Part shown: in pieces, positions 31,512-41,021 of the stretch | How the letters are laid out: each line of letters starts with the position of its first letter | Position numbering within the stretch: the stretch's first letter is position 1 | NCBI GenBank assembly: GCA_965243135.1 | Contig: OZ251539.1 | Span: 3,936,001-4,000,000 of the forward strand | Origin: Alphaproteobacteria bacterium | GTDB lineage: Bacteria > Pseudomonadota > Alphaproteobacteria > MPNO01 > UBA830 | Length of the DNA stretch: 64,000 nt | Reading direction: 5' to 3' | Made by a program: the position numbers and the translations under genes | The notes under the pieces: model-generated | The model's input: the letters and a program-made list of their open reading frames with translations, nothing else | Told to the model about the DNA's origin: nothing | The model's database searches: none

Positions 31512-33053
31512 TCAAACGGTCTCGAACTCGAACCCGACGATGTTGCGCTCCTCCCGGCCGAACTCCACCCCGATCAGGTGGACCGGCACGCCCGGACGCC
31601 GGTACTTGTCCGCGTAGCCGCGCTCCTGCGCCAGCGCCCGCCCTTCCGGCTTCCCGTCCACGACCTTGAACTCGAACAGGTAGATGTCGCCGCCGTACAG
31701 GACCGTCAGGTCCGAGCGTCCGCGCGCCGTGCTCTCCTCCGCGCGGACCTCCATCCCCGCCGCCACGAAGTGCGAGTAGAACACGCTGGCATAGTGGCCC
31801 TCGTAGCCGGCCATGCCCGTGTTCGCGTACCACTCGTTCGGGATGCTCGCCAGCAACGCCCGGAACTGCCGCTCGAGGCCCGCGAAGTCGTTCGTCCGCA
31901 TCAGGCGGCGCAGTTCCCGGCTCTCCGCCGCGACCGCGACGTCCGGCGCCATCGCCTTCAGCAGGAGCGCGTTCAGGCTGCGCTTCACCTCCTGGTTCGG
32001 ATAGTCCAGCCGGTAGAGAGGCGCGTCCTCGTCCTGCTTCTCGTCGACGATGGTGAGGTAGCCGGTCTGGAACAAGAGCGCCTCGACAGGGATGCGGTCG
32101 ACATCGATGGCCGACAGCAGCTCGTCGTCCGCGATCATGCCCTCCAAGGCGGGCGCCACGACCCGGCGCCGCGTCAGAAGGTCGGCGAGGAAGGTCGGCG
32201 TGCCGCTCTGGAACCAGTACGGGCGGAACCTGCGCTTGTCGAACAGCAGCAGAATGTCGTGCGGGTTGTAGACCCTCTCCGGTCCGAGCCAGTTGTAGCC
32301 GTTGTACCAGCGCCGGACCTCGTCCCGGTCCAGGCCCTCGAGTTCCGGGGCGAAGACCGCGTCCAGTTCGTCGTCCGTGTAGCCGCAGATGGCGCCGTAG
32401 CGCTCGTCCAGCGTAATGTCGTTCAAGTTGTTCAGGCCCGAGAACAGGCCCGCCTGCGAGAACTTGCTCACCCCCGTCAGGAAAACGAAACGGAGCTGCT
32501 CGTCGGAAGCCTTGATCACCCCGTACAGGCTGCGCAGGAAGTCGCGGTTGGCCAGCGCCAGTTCCCGGTCGCCGAGCGCATCCAGAATCGGCTTGTCGTA
32601 TTCGTCCACCAGAACGACCGCCCGCCGCCCGGTGCGCTCGTGCAGGGCCTCGATCAACTCGTGGAAACGGACCGCCGTCCCGGCGGGGCCCGGTTCGAGG
32701 CCGGCGCGCCTCTCCGTCGCCGCCAGTTGCCTTTCCACGGTTCCCCGAACCCCGTCCGGGGTGTCGAAATGGCCCACGCCGCTGAAATCCAGCCGCACGA
32801 CCGGATGGCGCGCCGACCAGTCCCACTTGCCGTGCACGGCGAGGCCCCGGAACAGCTCCTCGCTTCCCTCGAACAGCTTCTGCAGCGTGTCCACCAGGAG
32901 GCTCTTGCCGAACCGGCGCGGACGCGACAGGAAATAGTAATCGCCTCCTTCGACGAGTCTGCGCACATGGTCCGTCTTGTCGACGTAGTAGCAGTCCAGC
33001 CCCCGGATTTTCCTGAGGGAGGTCAAGCCGGTCGGAAGCATGCGTTTCGCCAT
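31512..33053 (-). CDS. AAA-ATPase-like + PD-(D/E)XK protein, copy 2
   Basis: Open 513-aa frame with all motifs. Confidence 0.9.
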   Translation of the reverse strand: MAKRMLPTGLTSLRKIRGLDCYYVDKTDHVRRLVEGGDYYFLSRPRRFGKSLLVDTLQKLFEGSEELFRGLAVHGKWDWSARHPVVRLDFSGVGHFDTPDGVRGTVERQLAATERRAGLEPGPAGTAVRFHELIEALHERTGRRAVVLVDEYDKPILDALGDRELALANRDFLRSLYGVIKASDEQLRFVFLTGVSKFSQAGLFSGLNNLNDITLDERYGAICGYTDDELDAVFAPELEGLDRDEVRRWYNGYNWLGPERVYNPHDILLLFDKRRFRPYWFQSGTPTFLADLLTRRRVVAPALEGMIADDELLSAIDVDRIPVEALLFQTGYLTIVDEKQDEDAPLYRLDYPNQEVKRSLNALLLKAMAPDVAVAAESRELRRLMRTNDFAGLERQFRALLASIPNEWYANTGMAGYEGHYASVFYSHFVAAGMEVRAEESTARGRSDLTVLYGGDIYLFEFKVVDGKPEGRALAQERGYADKYRRPGVPVHLIGVEFGREERNIVGFEFETV

Positions 33054-33099
33054 TCGCGCAGAGTAGGCCGCCATGCCGGAGCCGTCAAGGAGGAGGCGG

Positions 33100-33299
33100 G
33101 GTTCGCAGGCCGAACGCCGGGCCGGAGTTCCCGCGCCGCGCGTCAGCGGCGCGTCCCGTCAAGCCGTCGGCGCGCAAGGCGGCGTCCCGGCGAAAACAAC
33201 GGCCGTCCTCAACGAGGAGCATGGCGGCCTGCCAGCGCCTTTCGCAGAAGCGCCGCCGCCTGCCGAAATGTCCAAACGGGCCGTCGGTGGTTCCCGATT
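33100..33299. repeat. About 200-bp inter-copy repeat (variants near 29690-29827, 31405-31511, 35201-35398, 36910-37107)
   Basis: Shared blocks GCCGAACGCCGGG, CAAGCCGTCGGCGCGCAAGGCGGCG, GTCCTCAACGAG, GCGCCTTTCGC, CCGAACGGGAC; not every block is in every copy. Confidence 0.8.
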
Positions 33300-34841
33300 T
33301 CAGACGGTCTCGAATTCGAACCCGACGATGTTGCGCTCCTCCCGGCCGAACTCCACCCCGATCAGGTGGACCGGCACGCCCGGACGCCGGTACTTGTCCG
33401 CGTAGCCGCGCTCCTGCGCCAGCGCCCGCCCTTCCGGCTTCCCGTCCACGACCTTGAACTCGAACAGGTAGATGTCGCCGCCGTACAGGACCGTCAGGTT
33501 CGAGCGTCCGCGCGCCGTGCTCTCCTCCGCGCGGACCTCCATCCCCGCCGCCACGAAGTGCGAGTAGAACACGCTGGCATAGTGGCCCTCGTAGCCGGCC
33601 ATGCCCGTGTTCGCGTACCACTCGTTCGGAATGCTCGCCAGCAACGCCCGGAACTGCCGCTCGAGGCCCGCGAAGTCGTTCGTCCGCATCAGGCGGCGCA
33701 GTTCCCGGCTCTCCGCCGCGACCGCGACGTCCGGCGCCATCGCCTTCAGCAGGAGCGCGTTCAGGCTGCGCTTCACCTCCTGGTTCGGATAGTCCAGCCG
33801 GTAGAGAGGCGCGTCCTCGTCCTGCTTCTCGTCGACGATGGTCAGGTAGCCGGTCTGGAACAGCAGCGCCTCGACAGGGATGCGGTCGACATCGATGGCC
33901 GACAGCAGCTCGTCGTCCGCGATCATGCCCTCCAAGGCGGGCGCCACGACCCGGCGCCGCGTCAGAAGGTCGGCGAGAAAGGTCGGCGTGCCGCTCTGGA
34001 ACCAGTACGGGCGGAACCTGCGCTTGTCGAACAGCAGCAGGATGTCGTGCGGGTTGTAGACCCTCTCCGGTCCGAGCCAGTTGTAGCCGTTGTACCAGCG
34101 GCGGACCTCGTCCCGGTCCAGGCCCTCGAGTTCCGGGGCGAAGACCGCGTCCAGTTCCGCGTCCGTGTAGCCGCAGATGGCGCCGTAGCGCTCGTCCAGC
34201 GTGATGTCGTTCAAGTTGTTCAGGCCCGAGAACAGGCCCGCCTGCGAGAACTTGCTCACCCCCGTCAGGAAAACGAAACGGAGCTGCTCGTTGGAAGCCT
34301 TGATCACCCCGTACAGGCTGCGCAGGAAATCGCGGTTGGCCAGCGCCAGTTCCCGGTCGCCGAGCGCATCCAGAATCGGCTTGTCGTATTCGTCGACCAG
34401 AACGACCGCCCGCCGCCCGGTGCGCTCGTGCAGGGCCTCGATCAACTCGTGGAAACGGACCGCCGTCCCGGCGGGGCCCGGTTCGAGGCCGGCGCGCCTC
34501 TCCGTCGCCGCCAGTTGCCTTTCCACGGTTCCCCGAACCCCGTCCGGGGTGTCGAAACGGCCCACGCCGCTGAAATCCAGCCGCACGACCGGATGGCGCG
34601 CCGACCAGTCCCACTTGCCGTGCACGGCGAGGCCCCGGAACAGTTCCTCGCTTCCCTCGAACAGCTTCTGCAGCGTGTCCACCAGCAGGCTCTTGCCGAA
34701 CCGGCGCGGACGCGACAGGAAATAGTACTTGCCCCTCTCGACGAGGCGGCGCACATGGTCCGTCTTGTCGACGTAGTAGCAGTCCATCCCCCGGATCTCC
34801 CGCAGGGAGGAAATGCCGGTCGGAAGCATGCGTCTCGTCAT
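33300..34841 (-). CDS. AAA-ATPase-like + PD-(D/E)XK protein, copy 3 (nuclease Asp to Asn)
   Basis: Open frame; GRSNL instead of GRSDL. Confidence 0.9.
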   Translation of the reverse strand: MTRRMLPTGISSLREIRGMDCYYVDKTDHVRRLVERGKYYFLSRPRRFGKSLLVDTLQKLFEGSEELFRGLAVHGKWDWSARHPVVRLDFSGVGRFDTPDGVRGTVERQLAATERRAGLEPGPAGTAVRFHELIEALHERTGRRAVVLVDEYDKPILDALGDRELALANRDFLRSLYGVIKASNEQLRFVFLTGVSKFSQAGLFSGLNNLNDITLDERYGAICGYTDAELDAVFAPELEGLDRDEVRRWYNGYNWLGPERVYNPHDILLLFDKRRFRPYWFQSGTPTFLADLLTRRRVVAPALEGMIADDELLSAIDVDRIPVEALLFQTGYLTIVDEKQDEDAPLYRLDYPNQEVKRSLNALLLKAMAPDVAVAAESRELRRLMRTNDFAGLERQFRALLASIPNEWYANTGMAGYEGHYASVFYSHFVAAGMEVRAEESTARGRSNLTVLYGGDIYLFEFKVVDGKPEGRALAQERGYADKYRRPGVPVHLIGVEFGREERNIVGFEFETV

Positions 34842-34892
34842 CCGAAGAGGGTAGGCCGCCATGCCGGAGCCGTCAAGGAGGGGGAGGAGTCC

Positions 34893-35200
34893 GAGCCGCA
34901 TGCGCTGTTCGTAACGTCTTGAAATGCGGATAGCTTCCCGGGGTGCGGAATTTTTTTCCTCGGGTACGGAAAACTGCGAATTTTCCGCGCCGGGACCGCG
35001 ATTTTCGCAGATTCCACCCCACGGCCGGCCGGGCGCCGCCTCCCCGATTGACCGCCTGCGTCCAGGCCACGGCCCGGCTTGCACTGGGTTTGCGGCGCGG
35101 CAACACTCGCCTTTTATTCTGAAGACCGAGCACCCGCGAGGCCCTTGCGGGGCGGCGGCGGGCGGCGGGCCGACAAAAAATGGCACAGCGCAAACGGCTC
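34893..35200. mobile_element. 308-bp MITE-like non-autonomous element
   Basis: 16-bp TIRs GAGCCG(CA/TT)TGCGCTGT; 6-bp duplication GAGTCC at 34887-34892 and 35201-35206; empty paralogous site at 31406-31411. Confidence 0.8.
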
Positions 35201-35398
35201 GAGTCCGCCGGCCGAACGCCGGGCCGGAGTTCCTGCGCCGCGCCTCGGCGGCACGTCCCGCCAAGCCGTCGGCGCGCAAGGCGGCGTCCCGGCGAAAACA
35301 ACGGCCGTCCTCAACGAGGAGCATGGCGGCCTGCAGCGCGGCCTACCGGCGCCTTTCGCGGAGGCGCCGCCTGCGTCCGAACGGGACGGCTTCCGGCT

Positions 35399-36872
35399 TC
35401 AGACGGTCTCGAACTCGAACCCGACGATGTTGCGCTCCTCCCGGCTGAACTCGATCAGGTGGACCGGCACGCCCGGACGCCGGTACTTGTCCGCGTAGCC
35501 GCGCTCCCGAATCTGCGCCAGCGCCCGCTCTTCCGGCTTCCCGTCCGCGACCTTGAACTCGAACAGGTAGACGCCGACATCGTACAGAACCGCCAGGTCC
35601 GAGCGGCCGCGCGCCGTGCTCTCCTCGGCGCGGACGTCCATCCCCGCCGCCACGAAGTGCGAGTAGAACACTCTGGCATAGTGCGCCTCGTAGCCGGCCA
35701 TGCCCGTGTTCGCGTACCACTCGTTGCTCGCCAGGAACGCCCGGAACAGATTCTCGGGGCCTGCGAAGTCGTTCGCCCAGGCGGCGCAGATCCCGACTCT
35801 CCGCCTCGATCGGAACATCCGGCGCCATCGTCTCCAGCAGGAGCTCGTTGAGACTCCGCCTCACCTCCTGGTTCGGGTAGTCCAGCCGGTAGAGGCGCGC
35901 GTCCTCGTCTCGCTTCTCGTCGGCAATGGTCAAGTAGCCGGTCTGGAACAGAAGCGCCTCGACGGAAATGCGGTCGACGGCCGGCAGCAGCGAGTTGCCA
36001 GCGACCAGACCCTCCAAGGCCGGCGCCGCGACCCGGCGCCGCGCCAGAAGGTCTGCGTGCCGGTTCGGAACCAGTGCGCCTCGAACTCGCGAGTTCTGAA
36101 GAGAAGGAGGATGTCGAACGGGTTGTAGACCTTGTCCGCGCCGCGCCAGTTGTAGCCGTTGTACCAGCGCCGGACCTTCTCCCGATCCAGGCCCTCGAGT
36201 TCCGGGGCGAAGACCGCGTCCAGCTCCGCGTCGGTGTAGCCGCAGATGGTCGAGAATTCCGGCTCCAGCAGGTTGTTCAGGCCCGAGAACAGGCCCGCCT
36301 GCGAGAACTTGCTCACCCCCGTCAGGAAAACGAAACGGAGCTGCTCGTCGCAGTCCTTGATCATCGCGTAGAAGCCGCGCAGGAAGTTCCGGTTGGCCAT
36401 CGCCAGTTCCCGGTCGCGGAGCGCGTCCAGAATCGGCTTGTTCGTCCACCAGAACGACCGACCGCCGCCCGGTGCGCTCGTGCAGCGCAGCCGCCGGAAA
36501 CGGATCGACGCCTCGACAGGGTCGAGTTCGAGGCCGGCCAGCCGCTCCGTTTCCCCCAGCTGGTCTTCCACATCTTTCCGAACGAAGTCCGGGGTGTCGA
36601 AATTGCCGCCGCCGAAGCTGGTCCGCACGACGGCGCGCCGACCAGTCCCACCCATCGTGCACGGCGAGGCCCCGGAACAACTCCTCGCTCCCCAGCTTCT
36701 GCAGCGTGTCCACCAGGAGGGTCTTGCCGAACCGGCGCGGACGCGACAAGAAATAGTACCTGCCTCCTTCGACGAGTCTGCGCACATGGTCCGTCTTGTC
36801 GACGTAGTAGCAGTCCAGCTCCCGGATCGTCCGGAGGGAGGTCATGCCGGTCGGAAGCATGCGTTTCGCCAT
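35399..36872 (-). pseudogene. AAA-ATPase-like + PD-(D/E)XK protein, copy 4, many small deletions
   Basis: Motifs split over ORFs 35343-36902, 35930-36787 and 35399-35818. Confidence 0.85.
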
Positions 36873-37107
36873 TCGCGCAGAGTAGGCCGCCATGCCCGTC
36901 AAGGAAAAGGCGGAGTTCGCCGAACGCCGGGCCTGGGTTCACGCGCCGCGCCTCGGCGGCGCGTCCCGTCAAGCCGTCGGCGCGCAAGGCGGCGGCCCGG
37001 CGGAAGCAACGCCCGTCCTCAACGAGAAGCATGGCGGCCTGCGACGCGGTTCGCCGGCGCCTTTCGCGGAGGCACCGCCTGCGTCCGAACGGGAACGGCT
37101 CCCAGAT

Positions 37108-38652
37108 TCAGACGGTCTCGAACTCGAACCTGACGATGTTGCGCTCTTCCCGGCCGAACTCCACCCCGATCAGATGGACCTGTACGCCCGGACGCCGGTA
37201 CTTGTCCGCGTAGCCGCGTTCCCGAATCTGCGCCAGCGCCCGGCCTTCCGGCTTCCCGTCCACGACCTTGAACTCGAACAGGTAGACGCCGACATCGTAC
37301 AGGACCGCAAGGTCCGAGCGGCCGCGCGCCGTGCTCTCCTCGGCGCGGACATCCATCCCCGCCGCCGCGAAGTGCGAATAGAACACGCTCGCGTAGTGCG
37401 CCTCGTAGCCAGCCATGCCCGTGTTCGCGTACCACTCGTTCGGAATGCTCGCCAGGAACGCCCGGAACAGATTCTCGAGGCCCGCGAAGTCGTTCGTCCG
37501 CATCAGGCGGCGCAGTTCCCGGCTCCCCGCCGCGACCGCGACGTCCGGCACCATCGCCTCCAGCAGGAGCGCGTTCAGGCTGCGCTTCACCTCATGGTTC
37601 GGGTAGTCCAGCCGGTAGAGGGGCGCGTCCTCGTCCTGCTTCTCGTCGACGATGGTCAGGTAGCCGGTCTGGAACAGCAGCGCCTCGACGGGAATGCGGT
37701 CGACGTCGATGGCCGACAGCAACGCGTCGTCCGCGAACATGCCCTCCAGGGCCGGCGCCGAGACCCGGCGCCGCGCCAGAAGGTCGACGAGGAAGGTCGG
37801 CGTGCCGCTCTGGAACCAGTACGGGCGGAATCTGCGCTTGTCGAACAGCAGCAGGATGTCGTGCGGATTGTAGACCCTCTCCGGTCCGAGCCAGTTGTAG
37901 CCGTTGTACCAGCGGCGGATCTCGTCCCGGTCCAGGCCCTCGAGTTCCGGGGCGAAGACCGCGTCCAGCTCCGCGTCCGTGTAGCCGCAGAGGGCGCCGT
38001 AGCGCTCGTCCAGCGTGATGTCGTTCAGGTTGTTCAGGCCCGAGAACAGGCCCGCCTGCGAGAACTTGCTCACGCCGGTAAGAAAGGCGAACCGGATATG
38101 CGCGTCGCAGTCCTTGACGACGCTGTAGAAGCCGCGCAGGAAGTCGCGGTTGGCCCGCGCCAGTTCCCGGTCGCCGAGCGCGTCCAGGATCGGCTTGTCG
38201 TACTCGTCCACCAGCACAACCGCGCGCCGCCCGGTGCGCTCGTGCAGTTCGGAGATCAGATGGTGAAGGCGGTCGGAGGCGTCCGGGTAGCCGCATTGGA
38301 CGCCGGCGCGCTTTTCGGCGGCGTCGAGCTGCATCATCGCGTTCCTGTGCAGCCGGTCGGGGTCGCCGAGACTGCCGGAACCGAAGCTGATCCGCACGAC
38401 CGGACAGCGCACCGACCAGTCCCACCCGTCGTGCACGGCGAGGCCCCGGAACAGCTCCTCGCTTCCCTCGAACAACTCCTGCAGCGTGTCCACCAGCAGG
38501 CTCTTGCCGAACCGGCGCGGACGCGACAGGAAATAGTACTTGCCCCTCTCGACGAGGCGGCGCACATGGTCCGTCTTGTCGACGTAGTAGCAGTCCATCC
38601 CCCGGATCTCCCGTAGGGAGGAAATGCCGGTCGGAAGCATGCGTCTCACCAT
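37108..38652 (-). CDS. AAA-ATPase-like + PD-(D/E)XK protein, copy 5
   Basis: Open 514-aa frame with all motifs. Confidence 0.9.
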   Translation of the reverse strand: MVRRMLPTGISSLREIRGMDCYYVDKTDHVRRLVERGKYYFLSRPRRFGKSLLVDTLQELFEGSEELFRGLAVHDGWDWSVRCPVVRISFGSGSLGDPDRLHRNAMMQLDAAEKRAGVQCGYPDASDRLHHLISELHERTGRRAVVLVDEYDKPILDALGDRELARANRDFLRGFYSVVKDCDAHIRFAFLTGVSKFSQAGLFSGLNNLNDITLDERYGALCGYTDAELDAVFAPELEGLDRDEIRRWYNGYNWLGPERVYNPHDILLLFDKRRFRPYWFQSGTPTFLVDLLARRRVSAPALEGMFADDALLSAIDVDRIPVEALLFQTGYLTIVDEKQDEDAPLYRLDYPNHEVKRSLNALLLEAMVPDVAVAAGSRELRRLMRTNDFAGLENLFRAFLASIPNEWYANTGMAGYEAHYASVFYSHFAAAGMDVRAEESTARGRSDLAVLYDVGVYLFEFKVVDGKPEGRALAQIRERGYADKYRRPGVQVHLIGVEFGREERNIVRFEFETV

Positions 38653-39021
38653 CCGAAGAGGGTAGGCCGCCATGCCGGAACCGTCAAGGAGGAGCATCAT
38701 TAATGTCAGTAACAGATGATATGTCCGGACGCTTCCAGACCAAGAAGGCGGCGTCGGACGGAACAGCGACAGGAACCGGGGAAGGAGGTGTCGCGCCCAT
38801 GCGCCGAGCCAGGGCGAGGCGGCGGAGATACTGGGCGTCGCACCTTCCGGCGCCGGTGTGACGAGGCGGAGGGAAAGGAATTCCTCCTCCCCGAAGAGTC
38901 CGGAAATCCCCGTTTCCCGCTTCGCGAGCGACGAATCGGGAGCATCAGTCGACCCTCAGGAAGCGCTTCGTCGTCGCCGGGAAACGCGCGTTCTCGGCTT
39001 CGCCGCCAGCTCTCCGGACAA

Positions 39022-39490
39022 TCAGGCATTGGGCCTCGCTTTCATAAGCACGTGAACGGCGAATGCGCGCCGATCCTTGGCGGGCGCTTTGGAGAAACGG
39101 GTAATCGCCCTCCGCACACGCTGGATGTCTCACTTCGGACTTGCAAAAAGGGAATTCCGGGTCGTAATCCGCGAGGTGACGCCTGCGCTGCAACCAGATG
39201 AACGTTTCGGCGAAGTCCCGTATCGCGACAGGAAACTTTTGCATGACTTGGGCTCCGCACCGACTTTTTGCATGACCGTGCTCAAGGGCGCGGTATACTT
39301 GGAGCCATGCCGCTTGACTTCGTTTCGCGCCGGAGCCGCCAGTCAAGGTATTTGCACAAGTCCAAGCCAAGCAATGGAACAAGGCGTAGTACGCGGAGCT
39401 CGTGGCGCGACAAAGGTTCGTCCGCCTCGGCCTACCATGGCTTATTTCCACCAGATCGGTGGCGATCTGCAGGAGATCGTTAGGCCGCAA
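39022..39490 (-). pseudogene. HEPN-domain protein, frameshift near 39120
   Basis: RATSSAYYALFH, YRALEH, LQRRRHLADYDP; plausible C-terminus AITRF..DRRAFAVHVLMKARPNA is in another frame. Confidence 0.6.
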
Positions 39491-39494
39491 AACG

Positions 39495-39767
39495 CTAATC
39501 CAAGTCTGATCGGTCGACGAACGACAGGACGGGCGAAGCTGCTACCTCCGCTTCCTCGAGCTTGGATCGGACGAAGCGGTTCAACCTGATCGTCGTGTCG
39601 GCGTCGAGCGTCCCGGGCGCACCATCGTATACGAGTCGGACCCAGAGAAACTCGTCTCCATCGCCATCCACCTCGGAACCAAGAGCCAGAACGCTCAGCG
39701 CGATGTCCGTGTCTCGAAGCGCAGACTCGATCGCGTCGCGCGCCCGCTCGACAACTTGATCCTTCAT
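39495..39767 (-). CDS. Small MNT-like partner of the HEPN gene
   Basis: 90 aa, EVDGDGDEFLWVRLVY..PVLSFV; immediately upstream of the HEPN gene. Confidence 0.55.
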   Translation of the reverse strand: MKDQVVERARDAIESALRDTDIALSVLALGSEVDGDGDEFLWVRLVYDGAPGTLDADTTIRLNRFVRSKLEEAEVAASPVLSFVDRSDLD

Positions 39768-40076
39768 GGCGTCATTCCTCGCCGCGACGACGATACGCCT
39801 CCGTAGGCAGACCGCACGACGGAACGAAAGCATAGCGCACTCTTCGTCGACATGCGAAATCAACTCCTGCTTCTGCGTTGCGGCTCCACGGCACGCTCGT
39901 CCGCAAGGCGTGACGCCGGCCCGGCATCCGCACGGGACGAACGCCGCCGCGGCGCTTGCGCAAGATTCCCGGAGTTGCGGCATCCGGCGCATAGGCGGCT
40001 GACGAACGCGGCCGGGTCGGGTAAGAAGGGCGCCGCACGAGCCGCCGGGACGGCGGCGCAGGAGAGACGGAGAGAT

Positions 40077-41021
40077 ATGGCTGTCAGTCTGGGATACCTC
40101 CTCCCGACGCGGGAGCGGATCATGACGGGGACGCACGAAACTCGCGAAATCCTCGATTTGGGAGACCATGCGGAAGCGGTCGGGCTGGATTCCGTCTGGA
40201 TCGGAGATTCCCTGCTCGCCAAGCCGCGCCACGAACCGCTGGCCCTGATCGCGGCCATTGCCGGACGCACCCGGCGCGTCGGCCTTGGAACGGCCGTGCT
40301 GCTGCCCATGCTTCGCAACCCGGTGCTCCTCGCGCATCAGCTCGCCACCATCGACCGGATCGCCGAGGGCCGCTTCGTTCTCGGCGCCGGCATCGCCCGC
40401 GACACGCCGGCCATCCGCAACGAGTTCGCGGCGGCCGGGGTGCCGTTCGAAAAACGGATCGGCACGATGCTCGAAGGAATGCGCCTGTGCCGAGCGTTGT
40501 GGGCCGGCGGCGCCCCGGTCGACTGGAACGGACGCTGGACCGTCCGCGCCGCCGAACTGGCGCCGGAACCGTTCACTCCGGGCGGACCGAAGATTTGGGG
40601 CGGCGGCGGAGTCCCTGCGGCGCTCCGGCGCTGCGGCCGGAACTTCGACGGCTGGTTCCCGTCCGGACCCGGCGACGGCCGAACCTGGACCGAGGGTTGG
40701 AAACAGGTGCTGGCCGCGGCCGCCGAGGCGGGGCGCGGCCCGGCGGAGATCGTCGGCGCCGCTTACGTCACCGTCGCGGTAAACGACGATCGGACCGCGG
40801 CCGAAGCGGAACTGGACGCTTATCTCTCCGCCTATTACCTCGCTCCGGCCGAGCGAATCCGCCGGGATCAGCATTGTTTCGCCGGACCGCGAACGGCCGT
40901 CACCGCATGGCTGCGCCGCTTCGTTGAGGGCGGCGCCTCGCATCTGTGCGTGCGCTTCACCGGCTCCCGCGACCGCGAGCAGATGGAAACCCTCGCCGCC
41001 ATGCGGAACGAACTCGCCTGA
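40077..41021 (+). CDS. LLM flavin-dependent oxidoreductase
   Basis: DSVWIGDSLLAKPRHEP, RNPVLLAHQLATID. Confidence 0.9.
   Translation: MAVSLGYLLPTRERIMTGTHETREILDLGDHAEAVGLDSVWIGDSLLAKPRHEPLALIAAIAGRTRRVGLGTAVLLPMLRNPVLLAHQLATIDRIAEGRFVLGAGIARDTPAIRNEFAAAGVPFEKRIGTMLEGMRLCRALWAGGAPVDWNGRWTVRAAELAPEPFTPGGPKIWGGGGVPAALRRCGRNFDGWFPSGPGDGRTWTEGWKQVLAAAAEAGRGPAEIVGAAYVTVAVNDDRTAAEAELDAYLSAYYLAPAERIRRDQHCFAGPRTAVTAWLRRFVEGGASHLCVRFTGSRDREQMETLAAMRNELA

Noticed and set aside
29690-38700. CRISPR array or diversity-generating retroelement
   Set aside because: Repeat units are whole genes, with no short repeat-spacer periodicity, no cas or reverse transcriptase gene in the window, and variation not evidently adenine-restricted.
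38722-39020. TGTCCGGA...TCCGGACA inverted pair as a second MITE
   Set aside because: Only 8 bp, mostly a palindromic hexamer, with no target duplication.
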